A DNA stretch of 64,000 nt, from positions 7,688,001-7,752,000 of the forward strand of contig OX442314.1 in assembly GCA_949358305.1 (NCBI GenBank), read 5' to 3'. Below are positions 34,047 to 43,315 of the stretch, piece after piece; position 1 is the stretch's first letter, and the number at the start of each line of letters is the position of its first letter. The notes beneath the pieces were generated by a model. It ran no database searches. It worked only from the letters and a program-made list of their open reading frames with translations, and was not told the origin of the DNA. This DNA is from Strigamia acuminata (taxonomy: Eukaryota). The position numbers were made by a program, and so were the translations under genes.

Positions 34047-35791
34047 TGTGACGATTCTACTTTTGGGCTAATTTATTAGTCCTTTTTGAGATAGATAATT
34101 CGGTTTATACAAGACGTTGCTAAGTTTAGCAACAACCTAACCGAGATAAGCTACGGAAGCCTTCACAAACATGAATACGTGACAGAGTAAAAATAACTTA
34201 CAGTTTTAGTGTGACATAACATATTTATTACTAAATATTGATGGTTAACAAGATGGGTTCTTGACGCGTGTAAACGGGCGGCATCAACTGGTTGAGGATC
34301 CGGGCGAAGCCAGAGGGATACGGCTGACTTGCGGCATCGTCACAAATATCGCTACAGAGACGTATTTGGTCCGCAGCTCGATTATCTAATAGTACGAAGA
34401 GTCCTTCGTATATTCGGGAATATTCAGCAGAATATTCCATGTTTCAAATGAATAAAAGTAAAGTGATTAATGGAATATAACAAATGAATTGTTATATAAA
34501 TATTAATTGGGCGAGGACCGTCACGACAATTGAGAGAACGTCGCGGGAGTTGTTGAGACTCCATCCGCCAGCATGCCTTACGACGACAAGATCTCGTGAT
34601 CAGGCGCCGAGTATTTAATTGTGTGCTTTAACTCGCTATCGGTGGTACCAACCACCAGGTAAACATTTCTATGGACTTACCGGTATAAAAAGATATTGCC
34701 AATACAGGATTACCAATGCCCGAGTAGTTTGTTTAACACAGTGTTGTTCAACTCCTGTTCGCGGGTTACTAACCCGGAGGGTACGATGGGGCGGGGACCG
34801 TCACGACGGTCGAGAGAACCATCGCGGGAGGATTTGACTCCTCCATCCGCCAGCATGCCTTACGATGGCGGGATCCAATGATCGAGCACCGGGTAAAATA
34901 TTAATCGGCCACTGCCGTTGGATTACCATTATCCAGGTAGTTGTTTTATCGCAACATCTTTAGATATTACTCACGGGCTACCAACCCGGCGTGTCACCTG
35001 TGCATTAGGCCTTTACCGACTTTTAACGAGCGGAAGGACCAATCGTAGAAAGACGGAAACCTGCGTGGGCTGTTTACAACAACCATCCTGCAGCGGACTG
35101 TGGCCAGTTAGCTGAGGGACCTACTTTCATTTAGCAAGGTCGTACTGTATACGACCGTTATATTAAGCCACCGTACGAAGTCCTACTGTCCCGTAGAACA
35201 GCCGGCTAACGTTACGGGGCCATTTCATGCGAATGCATGTCTATTACCGGAGTTGGCCTTCCCGAAAAGGCCCTACAACAGTAATAACAAAATAGTAATG
35301 AATACTAATTGTGGAGAACTGAGGTGGCCTGATGTGTCGATAGAGAATAATGAAATCAAACGATAACAATTCAACTACAGACAATATACAAGTTCAGTTA
35401 TCAAGCTCTGGGGAAGTGAGAAACTGATGCTTATATAGTTCTGTAGAACTACTAGATTGGCGACAGCCAATCAGCGTACGAATCGGCGGATTCGTGGGTC
35501 ACTAGTCCGGACCTAATATATGACTATGTCCAGATGGGCCCAGTTAGGGTCCGGAAGGGTCCGATTGGTTCCCTTCAACAGGTAAGTAATGTAAATATTG
35601 ATTCGATAGAATCAACATCATCAAGTAATTAATACTTAATTTATATCGAATAAAATAGTTATATTTTATTCACCGTGTCTAAATAATTATTTATCACACT
35701 TTTCAGTTTTATCGAGTTTGAATTGCGCGCGTTTGTTAAACAGCGCCATCTATGGTGAACATTTGATAAATACTGATTTGTAATCATCACA
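34047..35791 (-). repeat. 3' LTR of Gypsy-D (1745 bp)
   Basis: TGTGACG...CATCACA; on the minus strand it is preceded by the PPT-like CCGGGGGATG. Confidence 0.95.
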
Positions 35792-36539
35792 CATCCCCCG
35801 GTGACAAGCATAGAGTTTACTAACTCTCGATTGTCATTCTTAATGCATAAGAATGTTCACCTAATTCTATCGAATTAATCCACTTGGTAAGTATTTTATT
35901 AACTTAATCACGTTATTTCTTTCAGAAACTTCGTCACCCGATTAGACTAATCGGCTTCTCTGTACAGCGCAACTCCCGGTTGCTAAGCGACGGAAATGAA
36001 CTCGTCCGAACATGGATACATGTTCGAGAAAATACAAATTTCGATAGAAATTTTATTTCTCCGTCAAATAAGCTTATTCATAGCTTATTAATCAACAAGA
36101 TAATCAATAAAAATAAACTTATGCAAAATTTTATTTATCGAAAATCTAAACTACTAATTTTTATTACGACTGTCATAAAAATTATCGAATTTCAACTTGA
36201 AATTCTTTAATACTTCGATCAAAGCAAAATAAACACAAAATTTTCCATAAATAATTATGAAATTTACAACTAAATCAAACAAGCATATATTAATATGATT
36301 AGTTCAAAATAACAACCAAATTGAATTCGGAAAACAAAACAAATTAAATTGAATCCAATTTTAAATCAGACTATATTCTTATGAATATTTAAATAATTAG
36401 TTCAAGATTTTGAAACCAAACAAACACAACACTCATGAGAATATTTCGTAATTGCAAAAAACACAACAAAACACTTGGAATATTTTTAGTCAAAAATATT
36501 TCCACTCAGAAAAAAAAACGAATGTTAATTTTGTCCCTT

Positions 36540-38057
36540 TTAATCCTTCTTTTCGACGTCAGTCAAATCTTTCTCCTCCTTTTTCTCAACTTCGGCAGAA
36601 GTCAGAAAATCCGACTCTTCAGTCGCCTCTGTCGAGACGGCGGAAAACACGGCTTCTTCCGGCGCTTCGATTTCATCCGGACTCGGAGGCGGAAACGGCA
36701 TGTCGTCGAGAAGCTCAGCCACGAAATCAACGACGGAAAGCAGCTCTTCAGCGTCCTCGAACTGTGCCTCGTCCGAAGTTTCAGACTTAGGCGCGATAGG
36801 AGCGCTCGACACGTCGGTTACGGCCGCTGGAGGATCCTCCACGGTTTTGGACGACGCTTCTACGGCCTGTTGAAGCTTGCGAGCTCGCCCTCGTGCCAAG
36901 ATGTTGGTTCGTTGAACCTTGGCAATTTCTCTCGCTCGGTCGAGCGTCAGACAGCCTCGACCACGCGACATCGTTCTTGGTCGAACGATTTCCTCTTGTA
37001 CCTCGCTTCCGGCGCTTTCGACAGCTTGGACAGTTTCAGTAGAAACTTCGGAGTCCTCGGACGGCGGCGGTGATTGTCGAAGGAGTTCGACTCTTACGCC
37101 GGCGTTGGCTTCAGCACGGGCCCAGGTGAGGAAGCGCGGGTCGATGTACACAGCCTCGCCGCGGCTGTTTAGAAACAATCGGCACTTGGGGCAGTGAGCC
37201 CAACATCGCTTCTCATTCGGCTTAATGCCTTTCACCACGTGGGGCTGAACTTCCTTGCGCCACGGCTCCGAACGCGGTCGCGTTTTCCTTCCTCGACAGT
37301 TTGGACAACGCATTAGAGAAGAGCCTGCGGATGCACCGCAGCACCACCCACAGCCGACGCAAAATGGGCAGATCGTCTCTGTTGCCTGGTCCGTCACGAT
37401 GTTATCGTGAGGTATTCCGGCTGCCATGTCTCGTTCGCACTGCTCCTTGCGCAGGCGGGCCTTCTCGTCCTTCTTTCGTGCCTTATTGGCCGCTCGGTAC
37501 TCGCGGTTGCGAGAAACAGGCTCCGAATAACGCAGAGCGCCCGGTGGCGGCTCGTTCCATCCGTATTCGGATGCCGAAGATTCAGCACCCGCAGGAAGAT
37601 GTGCAACGGACGTTGATTGTCCTGCTACAGTCGGTGCAGCTGCATTCGACGTATTGGCGACGATAGGCGCCACGCTTGCAGTTGGCGGCCGAAATTCTGG
37701 CGAATGCGGGGCCAACGGGACGTTGATAACGTTTACCGGCGGATACGCCACTTGGGCCAACGGGGCCAATTGTGCCGATTCAAACACTGTCGGTTGCGCC
37801 GAAGTGGACGGGGCCTGCACCATCGCATTTAAGTCGAGCGGAAATCCGTCCGGATGGACACTGAGCCAATTTAGCGTTGCGAGTTGCAGCGGCGTCAGGG
37901 CGTACATCGAGGCGGGCGCCGTCGGTATTGGTTGGGCCCTCATGTAAGCGCGTTCCGCTGAACGGCGTTGCTCGTCACTAGACGAGGTGGACGAGCTGGA
38001 GCTCTCATGACGGTGTCGTCGATGACTTCGTTTGGAGCGGTGTTTACCACTTCCCAT
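36540..38057 (-). CDS. Gypsy-D ORF3, unknown Cys-rich non-env protein (505 aa from ATG 38057)
   Basis: Intact frame; ATG directly after acceptor-like TTTGCGTCCGCAG; KHRSKRSHRRHRH N-terminus; CPFCVGCGWCC...CPNC...CWAHCPKC; acidic C-terminus. Confidence 0.8.
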   Translation of the reverse strand: MGSGKHRSKRSHRRHRHESSSSSTSSSDEQRRSAERAYMRAQPIPTAPASMYALTPLQLATLNWLSVHPDGFPLDLNAMVQAPSTSAQPTVFESAQLAPLAQVAYPPVNVINVPLAPHSPEFRPPTASVAPIVANTSNAAAPTVAGQSTSVAHLPAGAESSASEYGWNEPPPGALRYSEPVSRNREYRAANKARKKDEKARLRKEQCERDMAAGIPHDNIVTDQATETICPFCVGCGWCCGASAGSSLMRCPNCRGRKTRPRSEPWRKEVQPHVVKGIKPNEKRCWAHCPKCRLFLNSRGEAVYIDPRFLTWARAEANAGVRVELLRQSPPPSEDSEVSTETVQAVESAGSEVQEEIVRPRTMSRGRGCLTLDRAREIAKVQRTNILARGRARKLQQAVEASSKTVEDPPAAVTDVSSAPIAPKSETSDEAQFEDAEELLSVVDFVAELLDDMPFPPPSPDEIEAPEEAVFSAVSTEATEESDFLTSAEVEKKEEKDLTDVEKKD

Positions 38058-38657
38058 CTGCGGACGCAAATAAATTATTTTATTAAATAATTCCACTCTG
38101 AATAATCATTCCTTGAGTCCAAAGAATTAAAACGTATTGTTCGCAACGAAAAATACACAAGTCGAGTTATTTATAACCCTTAACACGTGACACTAATGAG
38201 TCACATTCCCCTTGTGTTTATGACACGAGAATGGACTCGCCTGACAGCGATTTTCATCGAAAATCGCAACTTGTTGATTTTTCAAAAGAAAAATCCCCTT
38301 AGTTTTGTAAACTATTTAACCCAAATTCCGAGTATCAAAGATAACTTTTCGTATCAATTAATTAACACTTAGTCTAATAAATATCTTACATCGAAAAATC
38401 ATCGCTAAATAATTCATGCAAGCCTCGACCGCGACTTGATTTAAATAATTAGTGCCTACGTACTTAAATTTAATAATTCATTATTAAAATTTAACACAAA
38501 CTATTCGACTGAATAGTTAACTTCCAGAGTGATTTAATGCCTATTCACGCTTATAATAACACGTGAACTTCTAATTTTTTTATCGGGACGCCGATATTTT
38601 CAATTGTTGCGAACAATTTTGTTTCAATTCTTTGGTCAAAGAATATATTTGAAAACT

Positions 38658-38761
38658 ACTTACTGTTGAAGCTTGTTTTCCTTGCTGAAGTTGCTAATTG
38701 AATTAGCGTTGAAATCTCGAGTCGAAAAGTGAAGAGGGACGAAGGGACGAAGTCACTTATA
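38658..38761 (-). promoter_or_regulatory. Putative internal promoter and 5' splice donor for ORF3
   Basis: TATAAG 38761-38756; Inr-like TCACTT with its A at 38730 (31 nt downstream); donor ACA|GTAAGT at 38663. Confidence 0.55.
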
Positions 38762-39109
38762 TCCACGTGTTTAACGAAGTGTTTGTGTGCAATGAACCCT
38801 GGGAATTTTATTCCCTATTAATTGTCGGGTTCGAGGTTTAATCACACCTCGTAATTCTCGTTCCCTCGCGAAGGGGCGAGATCATCACTTTTCCAAGTAA
38901 TTTCTCTGTATTTTAGTTAAAATACATGTAAATACGACCAAAAAATTAAAATATTCTACCGAATATTTAATTCATCGCAACAAATTCATATTTTTAATAT
39001 AAATTTCGATAAATATCGTAATATCTTGTCCCCCGGTGTTGAGATTATAAATCACTACACCTGTCAGACATGTAAATAATTACAATCTTCAAGTTTTAAA
39101 TAAAACTTA

Positions 39110-42100
39110 TCAATTCCAACAGAACTTTGAGGCTTTTCCTCGTTGTTGGTATGGTTTTTTAAATACTGCAGTGATATTTCGCACGAAATTTTCATCTGCA
39201 TATTTAGGATTTGGTTTTCGTTCTCGTCGTGGACGAGTGCTAGTTCGTGGAACTATCGGTTGGGGTTTGCGGGGTTTTCGAGGCGGTTTCTTTGGAATTT
39301 CGCCTCTTTTTAACGCCGCTTTCTTTTCCATGGCAGTTAAGCGTTGTCTATGTCTATGTTTAGACTTTGTGGGCGCAGATTTGTCAATCTGCACTGAAGT
39401 TGAGTCGGATAATTCCATTGGAATTTCTGAGGAAGTTTCAGGAATTAATTCCATTTCTTCAGCATCCGGAAGTTGATTACTTTCGTCCATCCATTTAGGA
39501 TTTTCTTGAGGCGAATAAGAGGCGGACTTTTGTCCTATTTTCCAAGTCTCAATCGGGTACGACGGAGTATAGGGATACAACGCTTTAATATTTACTGATT
39601 TTTCAATCGAACCATCAGCTAATTTGCGTAATTTATACGCTCCGCCAGGAAGTACTTTAGTAATTTCCCACGGTCCATCTCTCTTCTCGGCAAATCCAGC
39701 GGAGATATTTTTATCTGCGCACGAGAGAATGTGAGTCTGTTTCCAAACTAAATCTCCAACTTCGAACTCCGTAATTACGAACTTTTGTTCGTGTATTTTT
39801 CTATGTCGTTCAAAATTCAATTGAATTCTGCGATGCATCTCTTGATGCGATCTGCGCAAGACATCCAATAGTACTCTGACATATTTTGCTGGATTTTCTT
39901 TGTCAAATGGATTGGCATGTTTGATAATCCTTGGGTCGAAAGGTAATGTTACGATTCGTCCCGTGTTCAGTAACATCGTGCTTGAGCCCGTTGCCGACGA
40001 AACGTTATTTCGCATTGCAAATGCGAATTCGTCTAGATATCTTGGCCATTGCGTGTGCACATCTGTGTACAAAGCCAGCATGGTTTTTATATCTCTATTG
40101 GCTCGCTCTGTCGGGTTCGCCTGGGCATGATACGTGCTCGTATGAGACGGGCGAATGTTGTACATATCGCAATACTCATTGTAAATATCGGAAACGAATT
40201 GTTTTCCGTTATCGCTCACAATCTTTTTGGGGTGTCCCCATCTGTTTGTAACAGATCTTAATTCTTGAACGCAGTTAGCGCTCGTGGCTTTTGTCAAAGC
40301 CTTAATTTCAACGAACTTGGTACAATTGTCAATAATGACAAAAATATACTGGTTTTGGGACCTTCCCGCGGGTTTCGGGCCCATCAAGTCCATGTTAATA
40401 CATTCCCAAGGATTGGTCATGTTGTGTGGTGTGTAAGGAGCTGCGTGCCTTTTCTGTTGAATAGGCTTGTGCTGAGCACAGTGCGTGCAGCTTTTGACGT
40501 AGTTCCTGACACTTCTACTCATACCAGGCCAGAAATATATTAAACGCGTTTTCTCGAGCGTCTTACTCATCCCAGCGTGACCGCTTAGGGGGTGGCCATG
40601 ACAAGCGAAGAGTACTCGTTTTACGAGTGAACTGGGTACAACGGCTTTAAAGCCGTTTCCCGAATCGTTTAATTCCTCTTCGAACGAAGGGTTAAAATAG
40701 ATGATCATTTGATCACCATCAACTTCTTTTTTGTCCAAACAATAGTTTTTGACTTTGTTTTTCCATTCTTTTATTTCAGATTGTGGTATCCCAACAACCT
40801 TGTCATTCACTAAATATTCCCGAATGCGTTTGCATTCAGTATCTAGTAACTGAGCATCTATTATTTCTCTCCTTGTAGGAGGGACTTCTTTAAGTACTTC
40901 AGTCAACGCACTGTACAAGGTTTCTTGTACTTCCTCCCCCTCCTTTTCTTCAGAACATTCTTTAGAATTTTCTGAAAAATAGGAACGCACACTAGCCAAA
41001 TATTCTCGTTTCTCCGGGGCGCGATTTAATGAAACAGAAGGATTTCCGTCCCACTCAGGCCAGTATTGTTTAATTTCAACAGGTTCCACATGATCACAAA
41101 GAGGAATGTCTTCCTCTGTTAGTGGGGCTCTAGAAAGTGCATCTGCAACTTGGTTAGCAGCACCTTTTCGAAAAACAATTTTAAAATTTCCACATTGGAT
41201 TCTTAAGGCCCATCGGCCAAATTTCCCAGATGGTTCAGGCGTTCGCATCAACCATTTCAGTGCTTCTGCATCTGACTCTAAAGTGAATGTACCATATTCG
41301 AGATATGGTTTAAATCGATCAATAGCCCACACGACTGCGAGACATTCGAGTTCCGGCGTTGTATAACGCTTCTCCGCTCCACGTAAAACTCTGCTTGCAT
41401 AAGCTACAGGTCTGGGTACAGAAATGTTTTTCTGCTTCTTTTCATCGAATATATCGACGTCTTGGCAAAGGACAGCTCCTAAGCCTTCATGTGAAGCGTC
41501 AGTCATGACGACAAATGGCAGAGCCATGTCTGGTTTGTGTAGACAATTGTCACCACAAAGTAGCTCTTTAATTTTATTAAAAGCTTCTGTCTGCTCATCT
41601 CCCCATTCAAATGGAGTTTTCTCATTCATCATACGTGTGTATGGTGCGGCAATAGTTCCGTGATTTGGAACAAACTTCCTGAAGAAGTTAGTCATACCGT
41701 GAAAGCGCTGAATATCTTTAGCACACGTGGGGGTGGGAAATTTCATGATCGCCGATATTTTATCGGGATCACCGAAGAGACCTTCGGGTTTAATCCAGTG
41801 GCCCAAGAATTTTAATTCTGTACGCCCAAAACGAGATTTCGCTTTATTTATTGTCATGTTGGCTTGGTTAAGCCTTTCCAAAACATCTCGAACATGTTTG
41901 AGATGATCATCCCAATTATCTGAATACACAATTACGTCATCCAAATAAACTAACGCGTAGTCTTGTAAAGCTGAGCCTAAAATGCCTTCCATCAGACGCT
42001 GGAAAGTACAAGGCGCATTGCAAAGGCCGAACGGCATTCGCACAAATTGATAAGGGCCGTTTGGCATATAAAACGCCGTTTTTGGACGATCTTCTTTACA

Positions 42101-43309
42101 CATTTCGACTTGGTAGTAACCTTTAACAAGGTCAATAGACGTAAAATACTTTGCCGGACCAGTATTATGCAACAAGAGGTCAATACTTGGCATTTGTATT
42201 ACTTCGACTTCAGTGATGGCATTTAGCCACCGGTAGTCAATGCACATCCTATACGAGCCGTCAGGCTTCGCAACAATGACGGGATGACTTATGAAGGGCC
42301 CTTTGGCCTTTTCAATGAGTCCATCCTGTTCCAATTCTGCAGCTAGTTTGGTCATAATGGCTCTCTTGGCCGGGTTATACATTCTATACTGCATTTTGGG
42401 CAATGAATGCCCTTCTTTGAACTTAATTCGATGTTGGGTCACGTTAGTGCACCCAACTTGATCACGAAATACATTCAGTATCGATTTAACCACTTCGCGA
42501 AGTGCTAGTCTTTGTTCTGGAGTGCAGTCGCTCTCCTCAACTAATTTTTCATCCCAAGTCAACACAGGAGTGTCGGTTAACTCAATTGAGTTGAGAGTGG
42601 ACGACAGTCCTAAATAATCGAAAGTAATTCGATTTAACGGGGCGAGGGCCAAATTGGCTTCTTCCGATTCATAAGGAGCGGACCAATTAGGTTTATCTGC
42701 ACAAGAGAACTCTTGTAAATGTGGATGCGGACTAATTTTTTGTCTGCGCATGAAATTGTGACCAAGTATCAAGCCACAAACTCGTTTTGCCAAAACGATG
42801 AAATTCATTGGTGTGAATTCATCAGCCCATTGCACGCACAAAGTTATTTGTCCGACAGGCTTGTGTGCTACGCCTACAGCGTTAACCAACATATTTCTGG
42901 GGGCCTCTTGCAAAAATTCCGGCAGAGCCTGAGTTTCAGACAAAAGCTGTTCCCCAATGTAACATTGAGATGCTCCTGTATCCATGAGCGCGTTGTAGGT
43001 GAGCCCACCAATTGTGATCTTCATTCGAGGATCATCTTTATTATTACCTAAAGTAATATTGTGCAAATTATTACCACCTATGACTCTGTTGAGTCGGCGG
43101 AGTCTACAGAATTTCTTCGTGTAGCACTTGTGTGGAAACAATGTCAGATTTTTTAATTGTTCTGTCATTTCTTGCAGATTTTCCTCTACTCCGCCACTAT
43201 GACTAGTGGCTACTTCAAGACAAGTTGTGTCTACATCCATAAATAAAGATTCCGACGTAGCATTAGCCACTTCTGGGGGATGGAATAAACCTTCGTCCCC
43301 CGGATCTAG
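39110..43309 (-). CDS. pol: Gypsy-D Pol (PR-RT-RH-IN), expressed by -1 frameshift
   Basis: LMDTGAS; YLDD; MTDAS; HGHPLSGH...CTHC; SDNG; RDGPW; the frame is open back to the slippery site. Confidence 0.95.
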   Translation of the reverse strand, partial: LDPGDEGLFHPPEVANATSESLFMDVDTTCLEVATSHSGGVEENLQEMTEQLKNLTLFPHKCYTKKFCRLRRLNRVIGGNNLHNITLGNNKDDPRMKITIGGLTYNALMDTGASQCYIGEQLLSETQALPEFLQEAPRNMLVNAVGVAHKPVGQITLCVQWADEFTPMNFIVLAKRVCGLILGHNFMRRQKISPHPHLQEFSCADKPNWSAPYESEEANLALAPLNRITFDYLGLSSTLNSIELTDTPVLTWDEKLVEESDCTPEQRLALREVVKSILNVFRDQVGCTNVTQHRIKFKEGHSLPKMQYRMYNPAKRAIMTKLAAELEQDGLIEKAKGPFISHPVIVAKPDGSYRMCIDYRWLNAITEVEVIQMPSIDLLLHNTGPAKYFTSIDLVKGYYQVEMCKEDRPKTAFYMPNGPYQFVRMPFGLCNAPCTFQRLMEGILGSALQDYALVYLDDVIVYSDNWDDHLKHVRDVLERLNQANMTINKAKSRFGRTELKFLGHWIKPEGLFGDPDKISAIMKFPTPTCAKDIQRFHGMTNFFRKFVPNHGTIAAPYTRMMNEKTPFEWGDEQTEAFNKIKELLCGDNCLHKPDMALPFVVMTDASHEGLGAVLCQDVDIFDEKKQKNISVPRPVAYASRVLRGAEKRYTTPELECLAVVWAIDRFKPYLEYGTFTLESDAEALKWLMRTPEPSGKFGRWALRIQCGNFKIVFRKGAANQVADALSRAPLTEEDIPLCDHVEPVEIKQYWPEWDGNPSVSLNRAPEKREYLASVRSYFSENSKECSEEKEGEEVQETLYSALTEVLKEVPPTRREIIDAQLLDTECKRIREYLVNDKVVGIPQSEIKEWKNKVKNYCLDKKEVDGDQMIIYFNPSFEEELNDSGNGFKAVVPSSLVKRVLFACHGHPLSGHAGMSKTLEKTRLIYFWPGMSRSVRNYVKSCTHCAQHKPIQQKRHAAPYTPHNMTNPWECINMDLMGPKPAGRSQNQYIFVIIDNCTKFVEIKALTKATSANCVQELRSVTNRWGHPKKIVSDNGKQFVSDIYNEYCDMYNIRPSHTSTYHAQANPTERANRDIKTMLALYTDVHTQWPRYLDEFAFAMRNNVSSATGSSTMLLNTGRIVTLPFDPRIIKHANPFDKENPAKYVRVLLDVLRRSHQEMHRRIQLNFERHRKIHEQKFVITEFEVGDLVWKQTHILSCADKNISAGFAEKRDGPWEITKVLPGGAYKLRKLADGSIEKSVNIKALYPYTPSYPIETWKIGQKSASYSPQENPKWMDESNQLPDAEEMELIPETSSEIPMELSDSTSVQIDKSAPTKSKHRHRQRLTAMEKKAALKRGEIPKKPPRKPRKPQPIVPRTSTRPRRERKPNPKYADENFVRNITAVFKKPYQQRGKASKFCWN

Positions 43310-43315
43310 TTTTTT
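43275..43315 (-). promoter_or_regulatory. -1 programmed ribosomal frameshift signal, Gypsy-D
   Basis: TCA AAA AAC TAG (A AAA AAC, 43315-43309) followed by a GGGGGA...TCCCCC stem at 43301-43275; the -1 frame reads KLDPGDEGLFHPPEVANATS into pol. Confidence 0.85.

Noticed and set aside
15808..38096. Calling either ORF3 env
   Set aside because: No signal peptide, fusion-peptide pattern or C-terminal TM anchor visible; compositions look nuclear or disordered
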